IMG/VR virus record: IMGVR_UViG_3300032309_000911
Location: 22,519 to 86,518 of that record
Source of the DNA: a virus
Strand: one strand, 5' to 3'
DNA length: 64,000 bases
Position 1 is the stretch's first letter. Each line of letters opens with the position of its first letter. The notes below the pieces were generated by a model. That model was given only the letters and a program-made list of their open reading frames with translations, was not told the origin of the DNA and ran no database searches. Positions 1 to 7,233 of the stretch are shown one piece after another. The position numbers and the translations under genes are program-made.

Positions 1-1
1 A

Positions 2-175
2 ACTGGCCAAGGCAAAGTAAATGTAAATGCAGGCGGCGATTACAATCTAAAGGTTGGCGGTAATATGACAGTTACAGTAGCAGGTGAGTTTAATCAAAGA
101 GTAGATGGTGGTTCTATATTAAACACATCAGGCACTGTGGTCATCACAGGTGAGACAATTGATCTTAACCCATAA
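2..175 (+). CDS. gp5: C-terminal end of baseplate hub/puncturing protein gp5 (partial, beta-helix)
   Basis: Frame 2 reads TGQGKVNVNAGGDYNLKVGGNMTVTVAGE...VITGETIDLNP*, with VxGxxxxx repeats and an IDLN terminus typical of gp5/VgrG; PAAR gene 3.5 kb downstream. Confidence 0.8.
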   Translation, partial: TGQGKVNVNAGGDYNLKVGGNMTVTVAGEFNQRVDGGSILNTSGTVVITGETIDLNP

Positions 176-394
176 TGACGGCCAGCAGTAGCTGGAGCAA
201 AAGTCTAATCTATAAAGACTCATAATGGTATACTACAACTAAGACAGGCCTTTATTCTAAAGCAGGCCTCTATGATATTCCTATAGGAAACCTCGGAGGT
301 TCCAGGATCTGTTAAAATGTTGATAGTATCTTTAGTGGCGGAAAATTTCCTGGTATATTTTACGTGTTCCAGGTTTATATCTAAATAGTAGTAT

Positions 395-727
395 ATGGCA
401 GATATCATTACATTAACGGACAAGGCAAAAGACTATCTTATTGGTATTATGGCCAAATCAGGTAAAAGATATGTATTTCTACAAGCCAAAGGTGGTGGTT
501 GTGCAGGTTTTAAATATGATTGGTCTTATCCAGATGAGGTAGATTTAGACAGTAAAGATACATATATTCATTTAGATGAAGGATATTCTTTGGTGATTGA
601 TCGTTACAGTGCATTTAAATTAATAGGCATGAACATTGATTATGTTGAAAGTATATCTGGTTCTAGTTTAGAAATTAATAATCCAAATGCTACATCTACT
701 TGTGGATGTGGTGAGTCTTTTTCTTAG
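395..727 (+). CDS. iscA: IscA/HesB-family A-type Fe-S cluster carrier protein
   Basis: ITLTDKA start, GGGCAG motif and C-terminal NPNATSTCGCGESF motif. Confidence 0.93.
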   Translation: MADIITLTDKAKDYLIGIMAKSGKRYVFLQAKGGGCAGFKYDWSYPDEVDLDSKDTYIHLDEGYSLVIDRYSAFKLIGMNIDYVESISGSSLEINNPNATSTCGCGESFS

Positions 728-1293
728 GGATTGTTTGGCGACATAGGCACGTCAAAGATAAAAGCAATACGTTCTGCTGGCCCTATATTTTCAGCCATGT
801 GGTTTTTCTTATTATCAAACCAAAAGAAAGTTCCTGGTTCTACTACAATTACCTCTTTTGTATTATCGTCATCGCCATCGTCCCAAACTGTGTAGCGATA
901 TATACCTTTAATTGCTAAATGATAACGATCTTTTGTATAATAGTATTTACCTTGATCAATATGTTTACCTGTAATTTCGCCTGGCGGTGTATTTAAAAAT
1001 GCACAACGACCTACTCTTAACGATTTTGAGGCTATCCATTGTTGAATGGCTGTGTGTCTAGTTGTTGCCTCTGTTGGTACACAAATTTCTGTATCACCTA
1101 TAAATTCATCAGGTTTAGAAACACCACCCATAACTAATTGAAGTACGCCTGATTTAACAATCTTAGTATGAGGATCTTGACGATCAACACCTTTCATACG
1201 GCCTACATTACCCCAATCTTCAGGATATTGTTCCAACTGTTCACGTATTTTAGATACGTCTATATTCTTTTCAATAATACGTATGTTCTTCAT
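724..1293 (-). CDS. Aspartyl/asparaginyl beta-hydroxylase-like 2OG-Fe(II) oxygenase
   Basis: PPGEITGKHID (HxD), RYHLAI, FWFDNKKNH distal His and RIAFIFD. Confidence 0.8.
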   Translation of the reverse strand: MKNIRIIEKNIDVSKIREQLEQYPEDWGNVGRMKGVDRQDPHTKIVKSGVLQLVMGGVSKPDEFIGDTEICVPTEATTRHTAIQQWIASKSLRVGRCAFLNTPPGEITGKHIDQGKYYYTKDRYHLAIKGIYRYTVWDDGDDDNTKEVIVVEPGTFFWFDNKKNHMAENIGPAERIAFIFDVPMSPNNP

Positions 1294-1385
1294 TTACGAA
1301 GTATATCTTTAAAGATTAATACCCAAAGACCAATTACAGAAATCACGGCCACTAAGAATAATGTACTTAATATTAATTCTAACAT
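1290..1385 (-). CDS. 31-aa single-pass membrane micropeptide (MLELILSTLFLVAVISVIGLWVLIFKDILRK)
   Basis: Hand-translated; stop overlaps the oxygenase start (ATGA); GAGGT just upstream; hydrophobic helix plus basic tail. Confidence 0.55.
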   Translation of the reverse strand: MLELILSTLFLVAVISVIGLWVLIFKDILRK

Positions 1386-1386
1386 A

Positions 1387-1458
1387 TTACCTCATTGAAT
1401 AATAAGATGATGCTATCACCACAACAAGCACTATCATTATAATATAAAAAGTTGACAT
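1387..1458 (-). CDS. 23-aa hydrophobic micropeptide (MSTFYIIMIVLVVVIASSYYSMR)
   Basis: Hand-translated; starts 1 nt after the nuclease stop and ends 1 nt before the next ATG. Confidence 0.45.
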   Translation of the reverse strand: MSTFYIIMIVLVVVIASSYYSMR

Positions 1459-1459
1459 A

Positions 1460-1891
1460 CTAATTACACCATGATTGTTTAGCTTCGCCATAGTATTCTC
1501 TAGCGTAACCATTTTTAATTAATAATGATCTTAGACTTTGACCATCTAAGATAACATCACCTAATACACGACCACCAAATTTATCCCAATTAGCAATTGC
1601 AACTTCTATCTTTTTAGCAGATGCAACGGACTTTTTTGTAAATTCTGTAGCGGCAAGACCTTTTGTATTTTCAGATTCACATTTAGCACGGAATCCTTTT
1701 TCTGGTGTATCAACACCATAGACACGAATCAGTAATTCTTTTTTAAGTGGATCTGGTAAAAACTTTGCTTCAAAACCTACAGTATCACCATCTAATACTC
1801 TTGTTACTTTGTAGTCATACTTTTTCATTTCTACGTCCTTCGCCAGCGCTAAAGTAGGTAGAAACATTAATAGAAATAATATTATTCTCAT
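1460..1891 (-). CDS. Thermonuclease (SNase-like) with N-terminal signal peptide
   Basis: VLDGDT, IRVYGVDTPE, DKFGGRVLG and LIKNGYA motifs; start re-called at MRIILFLL (signal peptide ...ALA) from promoter position. Confidence 0.9.
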   Translation of the reverse strand: MRIILFLLMFLPTLALAKDVEMKKYDYKVTRVLDGDTVGFEAKFLPDPLKKELLIRVYGVDTPEKGFRAKCESENTKGLAATEFTKKSVASAKKIEVAIANWDKFGGRVLGDVILDGQSLRSLLIKNGYAREYYGEAKQSWCN

Positions 1892-1898
1892 AGTATAT

Positions 1899-1927
1899 AA
1901 TATACAATATTTATTCAAAAATGTCAA
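1899..1927 (-). promoter_or_regulatory. Sigma70-type promoter TTGACA-17-TATATT, probably giving a leaderless nuclease mRNA
   Basis: -35 at 1927-1922, -10 at 1904-1899, ATG at 1891. Confidence 0.75.
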
Positions 1928-1936
1928 GCGTTTTTT

Positions 1937-1944
1937 TATAAATA
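1937..1944 (+). promoter_or_regulatory. T4-type late promoter TATAAATA
   Basis: Exact consensus, intergenic, upstream of the 1972 ORF. Confidence 0.7.
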
Positions 1945-1971
1945 CTAATGCCTAATAACAAAGGAGTTTAT

Positions 1972-2145
1972 ATGGCTAGAAAAAAAATCAAGACTCCTGA
2001 AGATATCATTAACGATATTAAAGAAAAACAATCTGAAATTGACGATTTATTGTACAACTTAGAAGATACTATAAGTGTTTCCTCTGATGAGGATATTTCC
2101 GACTTTGATGAGGAAGAGGAAATAGACGAAACAGACGAAGAATAA
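1972..2145 (+). CDS. Small protein with basic N-terminus, coiled coil and highly acidic C-terminus
   Basis: AAGGAG Shine-Dalgarno before ATG 1972; tail SSDEDISDFDEEEEIDETDEE. Confidence 0.7.
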   Translation: MARKKIKTPEDIINDIKEKQSEIDDLLYNLEDTISVSSDEDISDFDEEEEIDETDEE

Positions 2146-2162
2146 CAACAATCTATATTTCA

Positions 2163-2188
2163 GGTGCCTAGGTAACTAGGCACCCTTT
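2163..2188 (+). terminator. Stem-loop GGTGCCTAG-GTAA-CTAGGCACC (GNRA loop), probable terminator or processing hairpin
   Basis: Perfect 9-bp GC-rich stem after a stop codon; U-tract is short. Confidence 0.6.
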
Positions 2189-2207
2189 GACACAACAAAG
2201 GATTTAA

Positions 2208-2375
2208 ATGACCAACAAATACATAGGTTTAATAATAATTGGCATTATTTTTATTGGTTTAAGTTATCTATATTTTTCTATCCTTTGTCAAAGCAGACGT
2301 TATATTAAAAAAGTTAAAAAATTAAAAAAATTAAAGATACTTTCTCAAAGATTAAGGAGAAAACGTGGCTGGTAG
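2208..2375 (+). CDS. 55-aa membrane protein with very basic C-terminus
   Basis: Hand-translated MTNKYIGLIIIGIIFIGLSYLYFSILCQSRRYIKKVKKLKK...RRKRGW; AAGGA upstream; not in ORF track. Confidence 0.55.
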   Translation: MTNKYIGLIIIGIIFIGLSYLYFSILCQSRRYIKKVKKLKKLKILSQRLRRKRGW

Positions 2376-2601
2376 AAAACCTAAATTAAAAACACTTAAA
2401 AGAAAAGCACCAAAGATACCAGATTTTACATGTCCTGATATAGATCACATTATTAGTTACATTGAAGATAGTGATAAACTAGGTCGTGGTCAGTTAGCTT
2501 ATTTTAAAAGACGTATGGAAAAATTAAGAAACTCTAATGATAAGTTACGAGATAGTGGTATCTATTGGTATGAAGAAATAAAAAAGTTATTAGATAAATA
2601 A
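2365..2601 (+). CDS. Hypothetical protein (basic, coiled coil)
   Basis: GTG start with AAGGAG; overlaps previous ORF. Confidence 0.7.
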   Translation: MAGRKPKLKTLKRKAPKIPDFTCPDIDHIISYIEDSDKLGRGQLAYFKRRMEKLRNSNDKLRDSGIYWYEEIKKLLDK

Positions 2602-2605
2602 TAAT

Positions 2606-2785
2606 ATGTACACGCACAGACAAAACGAACCTGAATACAATGCAGGTAACTTACAAGAATATGATTACGAATTGGAATGGATTGAGTGTTTATGTAACAA
2701 CACTTATAACTGTAATCATTTGGTTACAGCATTTACATATCCTTGGTTAAATTTAAATCATCAACCTCTTTACACCAATCAGTAA
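2606..2785 (+). CDS. 59-aa hypothetical protein (MYTHRQNEPEYNAGN...)
   Basis: Hand-translated; GATAAATA late-promoter variant 5 nt upstream. Confidence 0.45.
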   Translation: MYTHRQNEPEYNAGNLQEYDYELEWIECLCNNTYNCNHLVTAFTYPWLNLNHQPLYTNQ

Positions 2786-2888
2786 TTTCTTCTTTTAACA
2801 TTACGTTAGAAAATCCTTTATACTTAACAAGATAACATTTTCCCCAAGAGCCTTCATAATTGATATCAATAATTTCTGGTCTATCCAT
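2733..2888 (-). CDS. 51-aa hypothetical protein (MDRPEIIDINYEGSWGKCYLVKYKGF...)
   Basis: Hand-translated; start overlaps the stop of the upstream membrane gene. Confidence 0.5.
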   Translation of the reverse strand: MDRPEIIDINYEGSWGKCYLVKYKGFSNVMLKEEITDWCKEVDDLNLTKDM

Positions 2889-3108
2889 TTAAATAATATA
2901 TAATAAGTCCTATAGCAGTAACAATAGCGAATATGAGATTGGTAACAACTAAAGACATTTCTTTCCACATAATACTTACAATCAACCAAACAATAGCACC
3001 AAGTCCTAATATCATTGGGCCGGCAGGATAATAACCAAGAGAGTTAACTAAACTACCAACTATTAATATTCCTGTAGCAACCCATTTTAAAATTTGATCT
3101 GATTTCAT
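2881..3108 (-). CDS. Small 3-TM membrane protein
   Basis: Hydrophobic; LKWVATGILIVG...YYP...W; TAATG coupling with the upstream ORF supports a start at 3108. Confidence 0.7.
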   Translation of the reverse strand: MKSDQILKWVATGILIVGSLVNSLGYYPAGPMILGLGAIVWLIVSIMWKEMSLVVTNLIFAIVTAIGLIIYYLNG

Positions 3109-3242
3109 TAAATACAACCAATTATACAGTTAGATGTGCCATAAGCAACCATATATTTTGCTCCGATATAAAATAAAGCATAACTTCCTAATACAATAGA
3201 AGCAACAAGTAACAATGATTTAACATCTTCTTTAGTAAACAT
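3108..3242 (-). CDS. 44-aa membrane protein (MFTKEDVKSLLLVASIVLGSYALFYIG...)
   Basis: Hand-translated; AAGGA upstream; lies downstream of a sigma70-like promoter. Confidence 0.6.
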   Translation of the reverse strand: MFTKEDVKSLLLVASIVLGSYALFYIGAKYMVAYGTSNCIIGCI

Positions 3243-3276
3243 TATATTTTAGTCCTTTTTTGTTGTTAATACATAT

Positions 3277-3305
3277 AATATACACTGTATTTTTACTTAA
3301 AACAA
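3277..3305 (-). promoter_or_regulatory. Sigma70-like promoter TTGTTT-17-TATATT
   Basis: Correct spacing, same -10 as the promoters at 1899 and 41998, A/T-rich upstream tract. Confidence 0.5.
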
Positions 3306-3390
3306 GCGAAAAATGCAATTTTTTAAAAATAAAAGGCAATTAAATCAGTAACTTAATCAAATGTTGCAAAAATACAACAAAAAAATTGAT

Positions 3391-3398
3391 TATAAATA
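3391..3398 (+). promoter_or_regulatory. Late promoter TATAAATA
   Basis: Exact consensus preceding the small basic ORFs and PAAR gene. Confidence 0.75.
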
Positions 3399-3406
3399 GT
3401 AAATAT

Positions 3407-3553
3407 ATGATTGATTTTGATAAAATTGATGATTTGTCATTTATGATTGATGATAATGATTCTAAAAAACTAAAAAAGGTGAAAAAAAATGGCAAAAAAA
3501 TTTGCAAACAACGCAAACTCATTAAAAAACGCAGGCAAACCAAAAAGAACTAG
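3407..3553 (+). CDS. 48-aa hypothetical protein, acidic N-terminus and basic C-terminus
   Basis: MIDFDKIDDLSFMIDDNDSKKLKKVKK...; ATG 8 nt after the late promoter. Confidence 0.4.
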   Translation: MIDFDKIDDLSFMIDDNDSKKLKKVKKNGKKICKQRKLIKKRRQTKKN

Positions 3554-3638
3554 TATTGGTCGTGGATTTCATAGTAAATCTATGATGAATAAACATAAAA
3601 GAAGAAGTTTTAAAGCTTACAGAGGCCAAGGAAGATAA
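3489..3638 (+). CDS. 49-aa highly basic protein ending KRRSFKAYRGQGR
   Basis: Hand-translated; AAGGTG Shine-Dalgarno; resembles small basic YRGQG-ending proteins seen near gp25 in T4-like phages (from memory). Confidence 0.75.
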   Translation: MAKKFANNANSLKNAGKPKRTSIGRGFHSKSMMNKHKRRSFKAYRGQGR

Positions 3639-3647
3639 AAAAAATAA

Positions 3648-3938
3648 ATGCCAGCAATTTGTAGAGTAAATTTAGATAGACATATAGGTCATGCTTGTTT
3701 AAAAATGCCCTATCATCAAACTCCTTACAAAACTGGTTCTGAAAATGTTTTTATAAATGGAGAAAAAGCAGTTAGAATTGGAGATACTTGTGCTTGTACA
3801 GATCCTGCTATTGAAGGAAGTATAACAGTGTTTATAAATGGCATAGGCGTACATAGAAAAGAAGATGCAACAGGTGGACACGGCTGTTGGGTTCCAAATA
3901 AAGCGGCCACAGGTTCAGAAAACGTATTTGCGGGATAA
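3648..3938 (+). CDS. gp5.4: PAAR-repeat baseplate spike tip protein (gp5.4-like)
   Basis: GSENVFINGEKAVRIGD and GSITVFINGIGVHR repeats with Cys/His metal ligands. Confidence 0.9.
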   Translation: MPAICRVNLDRHIGHACLKMPYHQTPYKTGSENVFINGEKAVRIGDTCACTDPAIEGSITVFINGIGVHRKEDATGGHGCWVPNKAATGSENVFAG

Positions 3939-3939
3939 T

Positions 3940-4116
3940 ATGGCAGAATTAGACGCATCAGGTTTAACCTTTACAAGTCAACCAACAAAAGCAGAAACAG
4001 AACGTTTTGAATATGCTGCTTTTGGATATTTTGATAAAAATCCGGGTATAGTTGGTAACAATTATAAAAGTTATATTGGCATTTATTATAATGATGAAGG
4101 AGATAAAACAGATTAA
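3940..4116 (+). CDS. Small hypothetical virion-associated protein
   Basis: Start re-called at MAELDASG, 1 nt after the PAAR stop; TAATG coupling to the next gene. Confidence 0.65.
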   Translation: MAELDASGLTFTSQPTKAETERFEYAAFGYFDKNPGIVGNNYKSYIGIYYNDEGDKTD

Positions 4117-5558
4117 TGACTATAACTTATAGAAATGTAAAAGGAGAAGCTTTAACCTATGATGAAATGGATGAAAATATCCGTGATTTGTATGAAGATA
4201 CAACTATTGATAGGGTTTTAGGAAATGGAAATACAACAACAAAAAATTTAAATGTAGGTTCTTTAAATGCTACTACTATTACACTTAATGGATCTCCTTT
4301 AGCCGGACTAGGTTATACGGGATCAAAAGGAGATTCAGGATATACAGGATCACAAGGCCCAGCAGGAGGTTATACCGGCTCACAAGGTTACACAGGTTCG
4401 CTTGGTTATACAGGTTCTAAAGGCGACACAGGTTACACAGGATCTAAAGGCGATATAGGCTATACAGGTTCTAAAGGTGATTTAGGCTATACAGGCAGTT
4501 TAGGATATACAGGTTCTAAAGGCGATACAGGTTACTCAGGATCAAAAGGTGATTTAGGTTATTCGGGATCAATTGGATATACAGGATCTCAAGGTTCAAT
4601 AGGTTACACAGGTTCACAAGGAGTAACAGGTTATACAGGTTCACAAGGTTCAATAGGTTATACAGGAAGTTTAGGTTATACAGGTTCACAAGGAGTAACA
4701 GGTTATACAGGTTCACAAGGTTCAATAGGTTATACAGGTTCTACCGGTGCTGGATACACAGGTTCACAAGGAGTAACAGGTTATACAGGTTCACAAGGTT
4801 CAATAGGTTATACAGGTAGTCAGGCCACATTAACTGCCGGAACTTATATTGTTCGTGGAAAAATAAACGGTGTTGTAACTGCAAATAACGGAGTTGATAT
4901 CGTATTACCCTTTATTGATGATATTGATCCAAACAATTGGTGGGATCCAACAGCAAAAAAATTTACTCCAACCGTAGCGGGTTATTATGTTGTAACTTTT
5001 GTTGTATGGTGGGATGCTGCTTCTATTACCAACAATCAAAATAATATTCAAATTAGAAAAAATAATAATACTGTTACCATTTCTCAAACCAATCTTCACA
5101 GTGCAACAGGATATTCTCAAATTGCAACTGATTTAGTTTACATGAATGGTAGTAGTGATTATTTGGATTTTACTGTATATACAGCAAATACAACGAGTCA
5201 AACAATTAATTCTTCTGGTAATGGAACATATTTTGAAGCTGCTTTACATTCTTATGGATTACAAGGTTATACAGGTTCACAAGGTAATATTGGTTATACT
5301 GGTTCAGCATCCACTGTTATAGGTTATACAGGCAGTTCAGGTTATACAGGTTCAAAAGGCGATATTGGATATACAGGAAGTCAAGGTATAACAGGATATA
5401 CAGGGTCAAATTTTAACGGATATTTAACAACAAATTGGTCTGTTAGAGAATCTTCTGGCACATTAATATTTTCATATTCAGGAGCAGATAAGATGAAAAT
5501 TGATTCTAGTGGTAATTTAACTGTGATAGGAAACGTAACAGGTTATGGAACAATCTAA
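4116..5558 (+). CDS. Fibre protein with GYTGS collagen-like repeats and a C1q/TNF-like beta domain
   Basis: N-terminal [16 protein letters not shown] anchor; Gly-X-Y repeats; FTPTVAGYY...[13 protein letters not shown]1q-like segment. Confidence 0.8.
   Translation: MTITYRNVKGEALTYDEMDENIRDLYEDTTIDRVLGNGNTTTKNLNVGSLNATTITLNGSPLAGLGYTGSKGDSGYTGSQGPAGGYTGSQGYTGSLGYTGSKGDTGYTGSKGDIGYTGSKGDLGYTGSLGYTGSKGDTGYSGSKGDLGYSGSIGYTGSQGSIGYTGSQGVTGYTGSQGSIGYTGSLGYTGSQGVTGYTGSQGSIGYTGSTGAGYTGSQGVTGYTGSQGSIGYTGSQATLTAGTYIVRGKINGVVTANNGVDIVLPFIDDIDPNNWWDPTAKKFTPTVAGYYVVTFVVWWDAASITNNQNNIQIRKNNNTVTISQTNLHSATGYSQIATDLVYMNGSSDYLDFTVYTANTTSQTINSSGNGTYFEAALHSYGLQGYTGSQGNIGYTGSASTVIGYTGSSGYTGSKGDIGYTGSQGITGYTGSNFNGYLTTNWSVRESSGTLIFSYSGADKMKIDSSGNLTVIGNVTGYGTI
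4601..4817 (+). repeat. Three near-identical ~60-bp copies ([22 protein letters not shown]) within the fibre gene
   Basis: ggttcacaaggagtaacaggttatacaggttcacaaggttcaataggttatacagg occurs three times. Confidence 0.8.
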
Positions 5559-6559
5559 TGACGTTACAATCATCAGGCAGTATTTCATTAAGTGATATAA
5601 ATGTTGAATTAAGAAATTCATCAACTCAAATAATTTCTTTAAATGATAGTAGTGTCAGAACACTATTAAATGTTCCGTCTGGTACTATTTCTTTAAGTGA
5701 TGCTTATGGCAAATCTAATAGAGTACAAATAAATTATATTATATCTTCAAACTCACAACAACTATCATTAAATCCTACAACTTTTACAAATTACATAGCT
5801 GGAAAAAGCGATATAACAATTACAGTAAATTCAGGAGTTTATGTTTGGTCTGATTCAACTTCTGTCGCTGGATTAATTATTACTGATGGTTTAGTTTCAG
5901 GAGATACTTTAAAATTAGTAAATAACGGATATATTATTGGAAAAGGTGGCAAAGGAGGAAATGGAATTAATGCTCCAAATACTACGTCAGCTGGAAATGG
6001 AGGCCCTGCTCTTTCAATATTTAATAATATAACTATTGATAATCTTTCTTATATTGCAGGAGGTGGTGGTGGAGGAGGTGGCAATAATAGTGCGCTTTCA
6101 GATTCTTCTGTTAGAGGAGGAGGCGGAGGTGGAGCCGGCGGTGGAGATGGAGGAAATGGAGCTAACTCTGGAGGTTTTTTAAATGGCATAGGAGGATCAG
6201 GCGGTTCAGTAGGAAATTCAGGAGCAAACGGAGGTAATTCAGGAATTGCAGGAGGCGGAGGAGGAAGAATTTTACCAGGCAATGGTGGAGGGGGTGGAGC
6301 TGGTGGAGGAGCAGGAGGAGGTGGAGGAAGAAATTTCAATGGATTTTCAGGCGGGTCTTCAAACAATTCTGGTCAAAATGCTACAGGTGGAGAAGCTGTC
6401 TATGGTAATGCCGCAGGTGGAGGTGGTTGGGGAGCATCAGGTGGATATACTAATGTAGGATGGTTACAATCTGGAGGAACAGGAGGTAAAGCAATAAATT
6501 TAAATGGATATTCAGTAACATATATAACTACAGGTAATGTATGGGGTGCAGTATCATAA
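5558..6559 (+). CDS. Glycine-rich receptor-binding tip protein (gp38-adhesin-like)
   Basis: [19 protein letters not shown]-terminus; NNGYIIGKGGKGG, AGGGGGGG and GGGGGWGA poly-Gly segments; GGKAI near the end. Confidence 0.7.
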   Translation: MTLQSSGSISLSDINVELRNSSTQIISLNDSSVRTLLNVPSGTISLSDAYGKSNRVQINYIISSNSQQLSLNPTTFTNYIAGKSDITITVNSGVYVWSDSTSVAGLIITDGLVSGDTLKLVNNGYIIGKGGKGGNGINAPNTTSAGNGGPALSIFNNITIDNLSYIAGGGGGGGGNNSALSDSSVRGGGGGGAGGGDGGNGANSGGFLNGIGGSGGSVGNSGANGGNSGIAGGGGGRILPGNGGGGGAGGGAGGGGGRNFNGFSGGSSNNSGQNATGGEAVYGNAAGGGGWGASGGYTNVGWLQSGGTGGKAINLNGYSVTYITTGNVWGAVS

Positions 6560-6571
6560 GGAAAGGAAAAT

Positions 6572-6784
6572 ATGAAAAAATATAATGTATTTAATCAATT
6601 AACAGGAAAACCAGAAGAGGCTTCAACTTATGAAGAAGCTTTAATTTTGCAAAAGAAAATAAAAGATGAGTATTATACTTCAATTGAAGGTTTATTTACT
6701 ATAACAGTTTTAGTTAAAAATGAAGATGAGACGTGGACACAAAGTGTTTCAGATAATCAAGGAAATCCTTTAATCAATCCATAA
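6572..6784 (+). CDS. Hypothetical protein, possible fibre-associated chaperone
   Basis: AAGGA Shine-Dalgarno; follows the adhesin-like gene. Confidence 0.6.
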   Translation: MKKYNVFNQLTGKPEEASTYEEALILQKKIKDEYYTSIEGLFTITVLVKNEDETWTQSVSDNQGNPLINP

Positions 6785-6789
6785 TATCT

Positions 6790-6797
6790 TATAAATA
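6790..6797 (+). promoter_or_regulatory. Late promoter TATAAATA
   Basis: Exact consensus 9 nt before the gp25 ATG. Confidence 0.8.
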
Positions 6798-6806
6798 TTA
6801 ATACTT

Positions 6807-7232
6807 ATGCCAAATTACGATGCCTCTAGCACAAACAACAGTAAACGTGCTAATGTAAAATACAAAGATTTAGACTTGGATTTTGGCCGTAATGTAGTAA
6901 CTAGTGATGTAAATAAATTAACAGATGTTGAAGCTGTTAAAAGAAGTGTTAGAAATTTGATTAATACTTCTCATTTTGAAAGGCCTTTTCATCCTGAAAT
7001 AGGTTCTAGTGTTAGAGCTATGTTATTTGAATTAATGACACCTCTTACAGCATTAAACCTACAAAGAAAAGTACAAGAGGTTTTGGTAAATTTTGAACCT
7101 AGAATTAAATTAGTTCAAATTGCAGCAAGACCAAACTATGATAATAATGCTTATGATTTGACAATTTATTTTTATGTAATTGGTTCGAATGAATTGGTAA
7201 CAGTACAAACATTTTTAGAAAGACTAAGATAA
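6807..7232 (+). CDS. gp25: Baseplate wedge subunit gp25
   Basis: YKDLDL, AVKRSVRNLI, ERPFHPEIGS and FEPRI motifs. Confidence 0.95.
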   Translation: MPNYDASSTNNSKRANVKYKDLDLDFGRNVVTSDVNKLTDVEAVKRSVRNLINTSHFERPFHPEIGSSVRAMLFELMTPLTALNLQRKVQEVLVNFEPRIKLVQIAARPNYDNNAYDLTIYFYVIGSNELVTVQTFLERLR

Positions 7233-7233
7233 G

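Noticed and set aside
6049-6366. Poly-proline ORF on the minus strand
   Set aside because: Antisense shadow of the GGN codons in the glycine-rich gene 5558-6559
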